Of a stretch of DNA of 64,000 bases, positions 19,607 through 30,366 are shown piece by piece. Location of the stretch: positions 11,789 through 75,788 of the forward strand of contig DWWD01000021.1 of assembly GCA_019119895.1 (NCBI GenBank), read 5' to 3'. The notes under the pieces are model-generated. The model saw only the letters and a list, made by a program, of their open reading frames with translations. It searched no databases and was not told where the DNA came from. Source of the stretch: Candidatus Anaerostipes avistercoris. Its GTDB lineage: Bacteria; Bacillota; Clostridia; Lachnospirales; Lachnospiraceae. The number at the start of each line of letters is the position of its first letter. Positions within the stretch are counted from its first letter, which is position 1. Position numbers and translations under genes: made by a program.

Positions 19607-21778
19607 ATGAAAAAAAGACCAATTGTATTATTTTTTGCCGGGTGTCTATCCGGTATGGCCGCTGTCTGGAATGATAACGTTCCGGCAGCGGTTTTTTACT
19701 GCCCTGCGGTTCTGGGATTCTGGATTTTTTGGATCCGGTCGCACCGGAGATACCTGATCGGGCTGGGAGGAATGCTGCTTGGGATTGTGCTGCTTTTCGC
19801 ACAGCGTCAGACAGCGGACCGGGAAATTCAGTTTGTCGAACAGAAGAAACCGGAGACGGTATCAGGAGAAGTTCTGCAGATATCAGAAACAGAAAAAAGC
19901 ATGGCGTACCGGATCCGGCAGCCGGGGCTGGATGGCGATGTTATGCTGTATGATACCAGCGGCGTCAGGATAAAGGCCGGAGATCAGATCACGGCGGAGG
20001 CAGAAATCAAAGTGCAGGAGGAAGCGGCAAATCCCGGGCAGTTTTCCGCAAAGAATTATTATTTTGCCAGGGGTATCTATTACAGGGCTTTTGCCCGGGA
20101 AATCGAAGTAACAGGCCACAGGAAACGGAAATTTTTGGAAATACTGGAGACGTCCAGACTGTGGGTCGGGAAACAGATCAGAAGACAGTACGAGGGGGAG
20201 GCTGCGGATTTCATTCAGGGCATGATCCTGGGTGATAAAAGCGGACTGGATGAGGAGCGCAAAGACGATTTCAGAGAAAGCGGGCTGATCCATCTGCTGG
20301 CGGTTTCCGGCCTTCATATTTCTCTGGCAGGGAGAAGCCTTTACCGCTTTCTGAGAAGAATAGGAATCGGTTTCTGCATCAGTTCTCTTCTGGGATTTGC
20401 CGCGGCCGTATATTACGGGATGCTGACGGGAGCATCGGTTTCTTCTGTGCGGGCGGTGCTGATGCTGGGCATTTATTTTATATCACAGATACTGGGAAAG
20501 AGTTATGATCTGTTGTCTTCCGCCGCCATGGCCGGCACAGGAATCCTGCTGAGTCAGCCGTTTTATTTTGGAGATACAGGATTTCTCCTGTCCTTTTGTG
20601 CGGTGATCATCATTGGCTGTATCGGACAGAAGCGGGGAAAGAAGAGCAGTATCGGAAAGAAAATATGGGAGAAAATCTGGTTTCCCCTGAAACTTCAGAC
20701 AGGGATGCTGCCCCTTACGATCTATATACAGTATGAGACGCCGGTTTTTTCTTTTCTGGCAAATGCCGCTGCAGTTCCGCTGGCATCTGCAGGGTTTTTC
20801 GCGGCTCTGGTTTCCATCTGGCTGCCGCCTTTCGTTCTGCATAAAGTGATCGGAGGAATATTCTGGCTGGTACTCCGGATCTCTGAGCTGGAATACGGAA
20901 TGATCACCGTCGGGGAAGTGCCTCTGTGGTGGATTGCGGCAGGATATGCGGTTCTCTATCTTTTTATGAAACAGCAGGTGAAGCTCCCGCTTCATGTCCG
21001 GATGGGAATGATTTATGCTGGCCTTTTGTGTATGGCGGCGGTGCCGCTGCTGCGTCAGAAGAATCTTGCTTTTCTCGATGTGGGACAGGGGGACTGTATG
21101 ATGGCAGATACGGCAGCGGGTATCATTGCCGTTGACGGAGGAAGCAGCAGTGTAAAAAAAACAGGCCGGTATCGGATGCTCCCATATCTTCGAAGCAGGG
21201 GAAAGCAGAAGATTACGATGGCAGTTGTTTCGCACATGGATGAAGACCATGTTTCAGGGATTCTGGAGCTTCTTGAGATGGGAAGGATCCGGTATCTGGG
21301 ACTTCCCGATATTTCGGAAGACAAGGCATATCAGGAAATGAGACAGACGGCAGAACAGGCAGGAACAGAAATATTTCTGCTGTCTAAAGGAAAGACGATC
21401 AGAGGCGCGGATTTCTGCCTGGAAGTTCTGCATCCGCCGGCAGGGAGCAGTCTGGAAAAGAATGCGGCAAGTCTTGTGCTGCAGGGAGAAATTAATGGAA
21501 AACAGATACTTCTGACGGGAGATGTAGAAAAAGAGGGAGAAGAAGAACTTCTGACAGCGGGGCTTCATCCTGTGGATATTTTGAAAGCAGCTCATCATGG
21601 ATCGAAAAATTCTACATTGGAAACATTTCTGGATCTGGTCAGACCAGAGACTACGGTGATTTCCTGCGGGGAAGATAATCGGTACGGGCATCCTCATAAA
21701 GAAGTGCTGGAACGGCTTTCAGAATATGGCACCAGAATATACAGGACAGACCGGGATGGTGCTGTGATTTTCCGGTGA
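19607..21778 (+). CDS. comEC: DNA internalization competence protein ComEC/Rec2
   Basis: HLLAVSGLH competence domain, C-terminal MBL domain (DVGQGD, SHMDEDH, AHHGS). Confidence 0.95.
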   Translation: MKKRPIVLFFAGCLSGMAAVWNDNVPAAVFYCPAVLGFWIFWIRSHRRYLIGLGGMLLGIVLLFAQRQTADREIQFVEQKKPETVSGEVLQISETEKSMAYRIRQPGLDGDVMLYDTSGVRIKAGDQITAEAEIKVQEEAANPGQFSAKNYYFARGIYYRAFAREIEVTGHRKRKFLEILETSRLWVGKQIRRQYEGEAADFIQGMILGDKSGLDEERKDDFRESGLIHLLAVSGLHISLAGRSLYRFLRRIGIGFCISSLLGFAAAVYYGMLTGASVSSVRAVLMLGIYFISQILGKSYDLLSSAAMAGTGILLSQPFYFGDTGFLLSFCAVIIIGCIGQKRGKKSSIGKKIWEKIWFPLKLQTGMLPLTIYIQYETPVFSFLANAAAVPLASAGFFAALVSIWLPPFVLHKVIGGIFWLVLRISELEYGMITVGEVPLWWIAAGYAVLYLFMKQQVKLPLHVRMGMIYAGLLCMAAVPLLRQKNLAFLDVGQGDCMMADTAAGIIAVDGGSSSVKKTGRYRMLPYLRSRGKQKITMAVVSHMDEDHVSGILELLEMGRIRYLGLPDISEDKAYQEMRQTAEQAGTEIFLLSKGKTIRGADFCLEVLHPPAGSSLEKNAASLVLQGEINGKQILLTGDVEKEGEEELLTAGLHPVDILKAAHHGSKNSTLETFLDLVRPETTVISCGEDNRYGHPHKEVLERLSEYGTRIYRTDRDGAVIFR

Positions 21779-21825
21779 TCATTATGAGAAACTGAAAAAG
21801 CATCAGAAAAATATCAGCGATCCTA

Positions 21826-21854
21826 TTGCGCTTTGCACAAAAGATGCCTATAAT
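21826..21854 (+). promoter_or_regulatory. sigma-A promoter of the VOC gene
   Basis: TTGCGC-17 bp-TATAAT. Confidence 0.6.
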
Positions 21855-21915
21855 AAAGAATATAATCTGTGTTTTAAAGATAAAATCTTTAAAAACAAAA
21901 AAGGAGGATATTTTT

Positions 21916-22311
21916 ATGTTTCATTTACCAATGGATCACATTGGACTGCACTGCAGTGATGTAGAACAGAATGCAAAATGGTATCAGGACGCCATGGGAT
22001 TTACAGTTGCTGGAAAATTCCCGGGAAAAGGCGGTCACAACGTTTATTTTCTTGAGAATCCTTCTGACGGAAAGATGTATGAAATTTCTCAGAGAGACCA
22101 GCTGCCTGGAGGGGCAACCACAAGAGTGGATCATATCGCTTACCGCTCTGAGGATCTGGATGCCGACTACGCCTACTGCAAAGAGAACGGATATAAAATT
22201 GTATCTGACGGTATTGAGCTGAGCCCGAATTTCTGGGAAAAAGGTTCCCGCTGCTTTAAGATTGAAAGTCCGTGCGGTGAAGTCATTGAAATTTGCCAGA
22301 AAGTGTCATAA
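21916..22311 (+). CDS. VOC (glyoxalase/bleomycin-resistance) family protein
   Basis: DHIGL..SD, YEI, DHIAY, EVIEI: the H/E/H/E metal ligand set. Start at ATG 21916 behind AAGGAGG. Confidence 0.85.
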   Translation: MFHLPMDHIGLHCSDVEQNAKWYQDAMGFTVAGKFPGKGGHNVYFLENPSDGKMYEISQRDQLPGGATTRVDHIAYRSEDLDADYAYCKENGYKIVSDGIELSPNFWEKGSRCFKIESPCGEVIEICQKVS

Positions 22312-22341
22312 ATGATACTTTCAAAATAAACACTCGTCCTG

Positions 22342-22367
22342 CCGGTCAGCAGATATCTGCTGACCGG
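22342..22367. terminator. perfect 26-bp palindrome, probable terminator
   Basis: CCGGTCAGCAGAT|ATCTGCTGACCGG, followed shortly by ATTTTT. Confidence 0.6.
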
Positions 22368-22481
22368 TCAATTTTTGGGCAGAAGACCGGACTGAAAAAT
22401 TATTTCTGCCTGCTGGACGTACCTTCTGTGATAGAGTATACTTAGGAGAGCAGAAATGAAGGAAAGCAGGCATACAAAACC

Positions 22482-23471
22482 ATGAAAAAGATATTAGAGC
22501 ATATTAAGACAAATACATATCCAAGATTTTATCTGTTTTACGGCAGTGAAAAATACATGATTGCTCAAATGAAGAATCAGCTGAAGAAAACGCTGGTTTC
22601 TCCGGACGACACGATGAATTATTCTTATTTTGAGGGGAAAAAAGCAGATGTGGAAGAAATTGCGGAGCTGGCAAAGACACTGCCGTTTTTCAATGACCAC
22701 CGTCTGATCATTCTGGAAGATACAGGCCTTGGAAAGAAAACCAATGAAGGCTTTCTGGAGCAGCTGAAAGAGTGTGCCGATTCCACGGTGATGATCTTTA
22801 TTGAAGATGACGTGGATAAGCGTTCCAAGGTTTATAAGTTTCTGAACAAAGAAGGACATGCGGTTTCTTTTGAGCCGGCCGGCGACAAGGAACTGATCCG
22901 GTGGCTGCAGTCCCTTCTGAAAAAAGAAGGAAAACAGATGTCGTCTCAGGTCATCCGCAGTTTTCTCCACCGCTGCGGATCGGATATGTTTACATTGAAA
23001 AATGAACTGGAAAAACTGATTTCCTATACGGGAGACCGTCAGGAAATCACGGTACGGGATCTGGATGAACTGACATCTTCACAGACCACCAATCAGATTT
23101 TTGTTATGCTGGAAGCCATTGCAAGAAAACAGAGAGATAAAGTTCTTACGCTGTACTATGATCTCATTGAGCTGAAGGAGTCACCTTTTGGGATCCTTGC
23201 CCTGCTGGTAAGGCAGTGCAACCAGCTGATCCAGGTGAAAGATCTGACGGATAAAAATCAGTCGAACGCAGCCATGGCCAAAGCAATGAAAGTACCGCCG
23301 TTTGTCGTGGGAAAACTGAAAGATCAGGCCAGACTGTTCCGCATGGAAACCCTTTACCGGATGACAGAGGCATGCGCAAAAACAGATGAGCAGATCAAAA
23401 GCGGACGGATCAGCGACCGGGTGGGAGTGGAGCTTTTGCTGATCGAATTCAGCGCAAAAGGAACCGAATAA
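22482..23471 (+). CDS. holA: DNA polymerase III delta subunit
   Basis: YLFYGSEKY, LPFFNDHRLII, NELEKL. Standard comEC-holA-rpsT synteny. Confidence 0.93.
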   Translation: MKKILEHIKTNTYPRFYLFYGSEKYMIAQMKNQLKKTLVSPDDTMNYSYFEGKKADVEEIAELAKTLPFFNDHRLIILEDTGLGKKTNEGFLEQLKECADSTVMIFIEDDVDKRSKVYKFLNKEGHAVSFEPAGDKELIRWLQSLLKKEGKQMSSQVIRSFLHRCGSDMFTLKNELEKLISYTGDRQEITVRDLDELTSSQTTNQIFVMLEAIARKQRDKVLTLYYDLIELKESPFGILALLVRQCNQLIQVKDLTDKNQSNAAMAKAMKVPPFVVGKLKDQARLFRMETLYRMTEACAKTDEQIKSGRISDRVGVELLLIEFSAKGTE

Positions 23472-23473
23472 AT

Positions 23474-23506
23474 AAAAAAGAAGCCTGACGGCTGGCTTCT
23501 TTTTTT
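23474..23506. terminator. bidirectional terminator between holA and rpsT
   Basis: AAAAAAGAAGCC-loop-GGCTTCTTTTTT. Confidence 0.85.
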
Positions 23507-23534
23507 ATGGGTTAATATGAAAATTTATTTATCA

Positions 23535-23798
23535 TTAAGCTACTTTATTTACAGCTTTTGTCAGACGAGAGATTTTTCTGGAAGCTGTGTTTTTGTGGTA
23601 GATTCCTTTGGATGCAGCTTTGTTGATCTCAGCGATACATGCTTTTAATGCTTCTTCAGCTGCTGCTTTGTCAGCTGCTGCGATTGCTGCTTCTACCTTT
23701 TTCACATAAGTCTTAACTTTAGATTTGATTGCTTTGTTTCTAGCAGTTTTTGTTTCGATTACTTTAATTCTCTTCTTTGCAGATTTAATGTTTGCCAA
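23535..23798 (-). CDS. rpsT: 30S ribosomal protein S20
   Basis: (M)ANIKSAKKR...GIYHKNTASRK.SRL. TTG start at 23798 behind GGAGG. Confidence 0.97.
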   Translation of the reverse strand: MANIKSAKKRIKVIETKTARNKAIKSKVKTYVKKVEAAIAAADKAAAEEALKACIAEINKAASKGIYHKNTASRKISRLTKAVNKVA

Positions 23799-23900
23799 TG
23801 TGGGCACCTCCAATATGATAACATTCTTTTTTTATTTGATTCGTTTCATGATTCATCTATAGCGAGACACGGTTTAAGCCATAGACAAACATACTGTTAT

Positions 23901-23929
23901 ATTTTATAGAATCCCATATTTTTTGTCAA
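23901..23929 (-). promoter_or_regulatory. sigma-A promoter of rpsT
   Basis: Minus strand TTGACA-17 bp-TAAAAT. Confidence 0.8.
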
Positions 23930-23949
23930 TAACTTCATGTAAAAAAATA

Positions 23950-23978
23950 CATAAATTTTTTGAAAAAATACAATACTA
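23950..23978 (+). promoter_or_regulatory. possible forespore (sigma-F/G) promoter of gpr
   Basis: CATAAA...CAATACTA resembles sigma-F/G -35/-10 elements; gpr is a forespore gene in Bacillus and Clostridium. Confidence 0.35.
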
Positions 23979-23999
23979 AATCAAAAAAAGGAGGCAGCC

Positions 24000-24860
24000 A
24001 TGCAGAATCGGACAGATTTGGCACTGGAATTAAAAGAAGATGCGGAAGACCGTTCCCTGTTATCCGGAATTGAAGTAAAAACAAGAATCGACCCTCTGCA
24101 TCATATCAAAGAAACGAAGATTATCATTAAAAATAAAAAAGGAGAGGAGGCTCTGGGAAAACCCAGAGGGCAGTATATTACCATTGAAACAGGTGATCTG
24201 TCCCGCAATGACATGGGATTTCACAGGGAAATGAGCGACGCCCTGTCTGCCAGCCTGCGGGAAATGATTTCCGGAGCTGACAAAATCCTGGTGGCTGGTC
24301 TGGGAAATGCGGAGGTCACGGCAGATTCCCTGGGACCGAAGGTTGTCGGCAATTTGTATATTACCCGGCATTTAAAGCGGGAAGGGCTGGTGGATGAGAC
24401 CATGGAGCTGAGTGCGATTGCTCCGGGCGTTATGGCGCAGACTGGGATGGAAACCAGTGAAATTTTGGAAGCGCTGGTGGAAAAAACGAAACCGGATGTT
24501 ATGATCGCAATCGATGCCCTGGCGGCGAGAAGTTCCCACCGGCTGAACCGGACCATCCAGTTAAGTGATACGGGAATCGCGCCGGGTTCCGGAGTCGGAA
24601 ATCACAGAAATGAGATCACAAGGCGCACTGTAGGGATTCCGGTGCTTGCCGTGGGAGTGCCGACTGTGATTTCAGTGCCGGCCATTTTAAATGATTTTCT
24701 GGAGGAAGAAGATCAGGAAGAGGCCTGCGGGAAACTGGATCAGGAGTTTATATCCATGCATGTGACCCCGAAAAATATTGACGAGTCTATGAAAAGGATC
24801 AGCTATACTATTTCAGAAGGAATTAATGAATTGCTGCATAATCATGGAAATCGTGAATAA
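24000..24860 (+). CDS. gpr: germination protease GPR
   Basis: RTDLALE, GLGN...DSLGP, IDALAAR, TIQLSDTGI.PGSGVGN.R. Confidence 0.95.
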   Translation: MQNRTDLALELKEDAEDRSLLSGIEVKTRIDPLHHIKETKIIIKNKKGEEALGKPRGQYITIETGDLSRNDMGFHREMSDALSASLREMISGADKILVAGLGNAEVTADSLGPKVVGNLYITRHLKREGLVDETMELSAIAPGVMAQTGMETSEILEALVEKTKPDVMIAIDALAARSSHRLNRTIQLSDTGIAPGSGVGNHRNEITRRTVGIPVLAVGVPTVISVPAILNDFLEEEDQEEACGKLDQEFISMHVTPKNIDESMKRISYTISEGINELLHNHGNRE

Positions 24861-24869
24861 AATGAAAAC

Positions 24870-25979
24870 ATGGGAAAAAAGAAAAAGCGAACCATCATCC
24901 TCTGCTTTTTTTTATTTCTACTTTTCGCGGTAATCCAGACAGCAGGCAGCCGGGAATTTGCCTCAGAGGCGGTTCTCGGATATTATGACGGTCTGATGGA
25001 AGGATTTTTTCCGGCTTACCGCAATAAAAGCCAGCCCGTTTATGGGACAGTCCTGTCAAGGATGATCCGGACTTACCGGGAGGAAGTGAACCCCCTGCTT
25101 CAGTACAGCAGTGATTACCGCAAAACCACGGGGGAGGATCTGGTGTCGGGGGAATATTACTATTTTGAAGACGATGAGGACAGCGACAAGAGTGTGGAAG
25201 AGATGGCAGAGGGAACGGAAACATTTAATCTGAAACAATGGGAAAATCCGTCCTATCTGAGAAAATATATTTACCAGATTGACAGTACGACTATGGTAAC
25301 CAACAGCGAGATTAACGGAAAAGAGCTGCTGAACATGGATTTAAGCCTGAAAAAAACAGATTCGCCGCAGGTTCTGATCTATCATACCCATGGAAGTGAG
25401 CAGTATAAAGACAGCCGGCAGGGAAAGAAAGAAGATACGGTCATCGGCGTGGGAGATGAGCTTGCCCGAAAATTGAAAGAAAAAGGTATCTCCGTCATTC
25501 ACGACCGGAATGTTTATGATATGAGAAATGGAAAGGAGGAACGGTCCAAGGCTTATGATTACGCCGCGGATGCCATAGAAAAAAAACTGAAGAAATATCC
25601 GGGCATTAAAGTGGTGATTGATCTGCACAGAGATGGGGTGAAAGAAAGCACGCATCTTGTCACAACACAGAATGGAGAGAAAATGGCGCAGATCATGTTT
25701 TTTAACGGAGTCAGCCGGACTGCCAGCAATGGCAATCTCTCTTATCTGAAAAACTCCAATAAAAAAATGAATCTGTCCTTCAGTCTCCAGCTTCAGGCAG
25801 AAGCCATGAAACAATATCCGGGGTTTACAAGGAAAATTTACATCAAGGGATACCGCTATAATCTTCATTACCGGGGGAGAAGTCTTCTGGTAGAAGTAGG
25901 CGCCCAGAATAATACGGTCAAAGAGGCAAAAGCGTCCATGAGTTTACTTGCTGAATTATTGAATAATGTGTTATACTGA
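24870..25979 (+). CDS. spoIIP: stage II sporulation protein P
   Basis: LIYHTHGSE, IDLHRDG, YNLH, LVEVG. Follows gpr. Confidence 0.92.
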   Translation: MGKKKKRTIILCFFLFLLFAVIQTAGSREFASEAVLGYYDGLMEGFFPAYRNKSQPVYGTVLSRMIRTYREEVNPLLQYSSDYRKTTGEDLVSGEYYYFEDDEDSDKSVEEMAEGTETFNLKQWENPSYLRKYIYQIDSTTMVTNSEINGKELLNMDLSLKKTDSPQVLIYHTHGSEQYKDSRQGKKEDTVIGVGDELARKLKEKGISVIHDRNVYDMRNGKEERSKAYDYAADAIEKKLKKYPGIKVVIDLHRDGVKESTHLVTTQNGEKMAQIMFFNGVSRTASNGNLSYLKNSNKKMNLSFSLQLQAEAMKQYPGFTRKIYIKGYRYNLHYRGRSLLVEVGAQNNTVKEAKASMSLLAELLNNVLY

Positions 25980-26028
25980 ACCGTGAGTTCTGAAAGAAGA
26001 ATGAGTAGACGTATTTAGGAGGAAACTT

Positions 26029-27840
26029 ATGGCAGCTGATCAAAGTAAAATTCGTAATTTTTGTATCATTGCCCATATCGATCATGGAAAATCAACGCTG
26101 GCAGACCGTATCATACAGATGACGGGAACTCTGACAGACAGGGAAATGCAGGAGCAGGTTCTGGATAATATGGATCTGGAAAGAGAGAGAGGAATTACCA
26201 TCAAATCTCAGGCAGTGAGGATCATATATAAGGCAAAAGACGGAGAGGAATATATTTTCAATCTGATTGACACACCGGGACACGTGGATTTTAACTATGA
26301 GGTATCCAGAAGCCTGGCGGCGTGCGAAGGCGCTATCCTCGTGGTAGACGCGGCTCAGGGAATTGAAGCCCAGACCCTGGCCAATGTATATCTGGCGCTG
26401 GATCATGATCTGGAAATTATGCCGGTAATCAATAAGATCGATCTGCCGAGCGCGGAGCCGGAGAGAGTAAAGGCGGAGATTGAGGATATCATCGGAATCG
26501 ACGCGGAGGATGCGCCGCTGATTTCCGCCAAAAGCGGTCTGAACGTAGACCAGGTGCTGGAACAGATCGTCGAGAAGATTCCGGCGCCTCAGGGAGACCC
26601 GGACGGCCCGCTGCAGGGACTGATTTTTGACAGCATGTACGACGCGTATAAAGGCGTTATTATTTTTACAAGAATCAAAGAAGGAACGATCAGAGTCGGC
26701 ACCAAAATGAAAATGATGGCGACGGGAGAATCCGCGGAAGTGGTGGAAGTCGGAACCTTCGGCGCAGGGCAGTTTCTGCCGTGTGACGAACTGACAGCCG
26801 GAATGGTAGGATATGTGACCGCAAGTCTTAAAAATGTCCAGGGGACCAGAGTGGGTGATACCATCACGGATATGGACCATCCGTGCAGTGAGCCACTGCC
26901 GGGATATAAAAAGGTAAATCCTATGGTTTACTGCGGCCTGTATCCGACGGACGGAGCCAAGTATCCGGATTTAAGGGATGCTCTGGAGAAACTGCAGCTG
27001 AATGACGCCGCGCTTCAGTTTGAGCCGGAAACTTCCGTTGCCCTGGGATTTGGATTCCGGTGCGGATTCCTGGGACTGCTTCATCTGGAAATTGTCCAGG
27101 AACGTCTGGAGAGAGAATATAATCTGGATCTTGTGACAACAGCGCCGGGCGTTATTTACCGGGTATACAAGACCGATGGAACCATGATGGAACTGACCAA
27201 TCCGTCGAATCTGCCGGATCCGTCAGAGATCGATCATATGGAGGAGCCGATCGTAACGGCAGAGATCATGGTAACCTCAGAATATGTGGGAGCCATTATG
27301 GGGCTGTGTCAGGAACGAAGAGGCGTATATCTCGGCATGGAATACATTGAGGAGACCCGCGCGGTGCTCCGCTATGAACTTCCGTTGAATGAGATCATTT
27401 ATGATTTCTTTGATGCTCTGAAGTCAAGATCCAGAGGGTATGCTTCTCTGGATTATGAAATGAAGGGATATGAAGAGGCACGTCTTGTGAAGCTGGATAT
27501 TCTGATCAATAAGGAAGAAGTGGACGCCCTGTCTTTCATCGTACACGAAGATACCGCCTACGAAAGGGGACGGAAAATGTGCGTGAAGCTGAAACAGGAA
27601 ATCCCGAGACATCTTTTTGAAATTCCGATCCAGGCGGCCATCGGAAGTAAGATCATCGCAAGAGAGACGGTGAAAGCGATGCGCAAAGACGTTCTTGCAA
27701 AATGTTACGGCGGTGATATTTCCAGAAAAAGAAAACTGCTGGAAAAACAGAAAAAAGGAAAGAAACGAATGCGTCAGGTGGGCAGCGTAGAAATCCCGCA
27801 GGAAGCATTTATGAGTGTGCTGAAGCTGGATGAAGACTAG
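26029..27840 (+). CDS. lepA: elongation factor 4
   Basis: [44 protein letters not shown]. Confidence 0.99.
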   Translation: MAADQSKIRNFCIIAHIDHGKSTLADRIIQMTGTLTDREMQEQVLDNMDLERERGITIKSQAVRIIYKAKDGEEYIFNLIDTPGHVDFNYEVSRSLAACEGAILVVDAAQGIEAQTLANVYLALDHDLEIMPVINKIDLPSAEPERVKAEIEDIIGIDAEDAPLISAKSGLNVDQVLEQIVEKIPAPQGDPDGPLQGLIFDSMYDAYKGVIIFTRIKEGTIRVGTKMKMMATGESAEVVEVGTFGAGQFLPCDELTAGMVGYVTASLKNVQGTRVGDTITDMDHPCSEPLPGYKKVNPMVYCGLYPTDGAKYPDLRDALEKLQLNDAALQFEPETSVALGFGFRCGFLGLLHLEIVQERLEREYNLDLVTTAPGVIYRVYKTDGTMMELTNPSNLPDPSEIDHMEEPIVTAEIMVTSEYVGAIMGLCQERRGVYLGMEYIEETRAVLRYELPLNEIIYDFFDALKSRSRGYASLDYEMKGYEEARLVKLDILINKEEVDALSFIVHEDTAYERGRKMCVKLKQEIPRHLFEIPIQAAIGSKIIARETVKAMRKDVLAKCYGGDISRKRKLLEKQKKGKKRMRQVGSVEIPQEAFMSVLKLDED

Positions 27841-28972
27841 AAAGATGGAGCTGTATATTCATATTCCATTCTGTGTAAAGAAATGCAATTATTGTGATTT
27901 CTGTTCATTTCCTGCTTCTGCAGAGCAGAAGGAAGCTTATATGAGGCAGCTGGAAGCAGAGATCAAAGCATGGGGAGCAGAGAGAAATCATCAGGAAATA
28001 TCTACGGTATTCATTGGAGGCGGAACCCCTTCGTCTCTTGAGACAGAGCAGATCCGGCGTCTGATGGAAACCGTAAAAAGCGCATTTTCCGTCCTTCCGG
28101 AAGCCGAGATTACCATGGAGGCGAATCCGGGAACTGTCGATCCGGACAAGTTAAAGGGATGTCTGGAAGCAGGAATCAGCCGCATCAGTTTCGGGCTGCA
28201 GAGTATGCAGGAGGAAGAATTAAAAGACCTGGGGAGAATTCACAGCCGGGAAGATTTTCTGGCAGGATTCGAGACCGCCAGAGAAGCGGGATTTGAAAAT
28301 ATCAGTGTGGATCTTATGAGCGGGATTCCAAAACAGACCCTCTCTTCCTATGAAGATACCCTAAGGAAAACAGCGGAGCTGGAACCGGAACACATTTCGG
28401 CTTACAGCCTGATCATTGAGGAAGGGACGCCGTTTGCCCGGGACAAAGAATTGATACAGAGACTTCCATCAGAGGACGAGGATGTCAGAATGTATGAGAT
28501 GACGGAAGAAATATTAGAAGAATATGGATATCATAAATATGAGATTTCCAATTATTCCAGACCGGGATATGAGTGCCGTCATAATCTGGGATACTGGTCG
28601 CAGATTCCGTATCTGGGAGTCGGACTGAACGCATCGTCCTATCTGGACGGAAAAAGATTTCAGCAGACGGCTTCCATGAAAGAATATATGGCACTGAAAG
28701 ACTATATTCTTTCTTACAGAGAGACCAGACCGTTATCACAGGAAGAGAAAATGGAAGAATTTATGTTCCTGGGACTTCGAAAGACAGCCGGCGTGAAGGG
28801 AGAAGATTTCGTCCGCCAGTTTGGCAGAACCATGGATTCTGTTTACGGAGAAGTGATCGACACATCTGTAAAAGGCGGATGGATCGAAAGAGACCGGGAC
28901 AGCATCGCACTGACAAAAAAAGGCATCTTATTCAGCAACCATGTGCTGAGCGAGTTCCTTTTATCAGAATAA
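27830..28972 (+). CDS. hemW: radical SAM heme chaperone HemW (HemN-like)
   Basis: [33 protein letters not shown]. Follows lepA. Confidence 0.9.
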   Translation: MKTRKMELYIHIPFCVKKCNYCDFCSFPASAEQKEAYMRQLEAEIKAWGAERNHQEISTVFIGGGTPSSLETEQIRRLMETVKSAFSVLPEAEITMEANPGTVDPDKLKGCLEAGISRISFGLQSMQEEELKDLGRIHSREDFLAGFETAREAGFENISVDLMSGIPKQTLSSYEDTLRKTAELEPEHISAYSLIIEEGTPFARDKELIQRLPSEDEDVRMYEMTEEILEEYGYHKYEISNYSRPGYECRHNLGYWSQIPYLGVGLNASSYLDGKRFQQTASMKEYMALKDYILSYRETRPLSQEEKMEEFMFLGLRKTAGVKGEDFVRQFGRTMDSVYGEVIDTSVKGGWIERDRDSIALTKKGILFSNHVLSEFLLSE

Positions 28973-28980
28973 AAAATAAA

Positions 28981-29013
28981 AACAGGATCTGATTTTGTGA
29001 ATCGGATCCTGTT
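28981..29013. terminator. bidirectional terminator
   Basis: AACAGGATCTGATT/AATCGGATCCTGTT stem with A-run and T-run flanks. Confidence 0.8.
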
Positions 29014-29043
29014 TTTTGGTCATAATTGAAAATAAGAGGAGTA

Positions 29044-29946
29044 TTACGGAAGCTCCAGAAGTTTCTGGACATTGATCCGGCCCCATCCCTGATGGGATCT
29101 CGGAGTATTCAGCCGGTCACAGTTGAATTTTAATTTTTTCTTGGCGTCTTTATTGGTATAGTAAGGATATTTTTCCAGAAGCAGCGCCATTGTTCCGGAG
29201 ACTACCGGGGTTGCCATGGAAGTACCGCTTTTGACGGCGTACCGGTTATGGAGGCTGCAGGAGTAAATGTTGGTGCCGGGAGCCACCACGTCAGGTTTCA
29301 TGACACAGGAGCGGGTAGGTCCTCTGCCGGAATAGTGGCTGGAGAGACGGCGGCTGCCGAAGATCTTCAGGGAGTCGTCGCTGGAGCCTACGGTAATAAT
29401 CTTGCGGCTGTTTCCGGGAACGGAAATGCTCTGAGGCCGCGGTCCGTGATTTCCGCCGGCAATGCAGACGATCAGGCCATCGTCCCACAGCTGATTGACA
29501 TAATGAAGGATTCTGCGGCTCGTCTGATCTTCGGGAGTGTAAGGACTTCCAATGGATATGTTCACGATCCGGATGTGATAGGATCTGTGGTGGTCATGGA
29601 CCCATTGAAGTCCCCGGATCAATGCGTCAGGAACGCCGTTTCCGAGAGTATTGAGCACTTTCAGGGAAACAATATGGGCCTTTGGAGCGATGCCGATGAA
29701 ATAGCTTCCGGTTTTGCCTGAGGAACAGGCAATCCCTGTAATATGGGTGCCGTGTCCGTTATCGTCGTAGCATCCGTTTTTATGATGAACGAAGTCCACA
29801 AAGGCTTCGATGCGCTGGCCGGCAGGGGAAAAATCCCGGTGAGGAAAGAGACCGGTGTCCAGGAAGGCAATGCCGATCCCGTCGCCCAGGAAACCGTACT
29901 GATGAGCGAGATCCGCATGGATCTGCGCTGAAACAGATTTTATCAT
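29044..29946 (-). CDS. S8 (subtilisin-like) serine protease, cytoplasmic
   Basis: Catalytic triad FLDTG, NGHGTH, SGTSMATP. No signal peptide. Confidence 0.92.
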   Translation of the reverse strand: MIKSVSAQIHADLAHQYGFLGDGIGIAFLDTGLFPHRDFSPAGQRIEAFVDFVHHKNGCYDDNGHGTHITGIACSSGKTGSYFIGIAPKAHIVSLKVLNTLGNGVPDALIRGLQWVHDHHRSYHIRIVNISIGSPYTPEDQTSRRILHYVNQLWDDGLIVCIAGGNHGPRPQSISVPGNSRKIITVGSSDDSLKIFGSRRLSSHYSGRGPTRSCVMKPDVVAPGTNIYSCSLHNRYAVKSGTSMATPVVSGTMALLLEKYPYYTNKDAKKKLKFNCDRLNTPRSHQGWGRINVQKLLELP

Positions 29947-30012
29947 TTCTTTTCTCCTTTTTGTTCTATTATAGAATACGTAAAAAGTCGGAAAGGGTTT
30001 GCAGGAGAACGT

Positions 30013-30366
30013 ATGAAATATTTAAAACAGTGGCTGCTGATTCTGTGTTTTACAGCAGCGGGGGAAGTCCTTAAAAGTATATTTCCGTTTCGGATTCCGG
30101 CAGGCATCTATGGATTGATGCTGCTTTTCATGTGTCTTGAGACGGGGATTCTGAAAAAGAAACAGATACAGGAAACAGCGTATTTTCTGATTCGTGTCAT
30201 GCCGGTCATGTTTATCCCCGCTGCGGCGGGGATTACAGAGGCAGGAAAAGAGCTGGGTAATATATGGCTGCCTGCCCTGATCGCAGTCACAGCGGTTACA
30301 ATGGCAGTGACTGCGGTTTCCGCATTGGCAGCACAGAAAGCTTGCCGGAAAAGGAGAGCGGAATGA
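30013..30366 (+). CDS. CidA/LrgA family holin-like protein
   Basis: 117 aa, IPAGIYGL, MFIPA. Paired with lrgB. Confidence 0.88.
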   Translation: MKYLKQWLLILCFTAAGEVLKSIFPFRIPAGIYGLMLLFMCLETGILKKKQIQETAYFLIRVMPVMFIPAAAGITEAGKELGNIWLPALIAVTAVTMAVTAVSALAAQKACRKRRAE

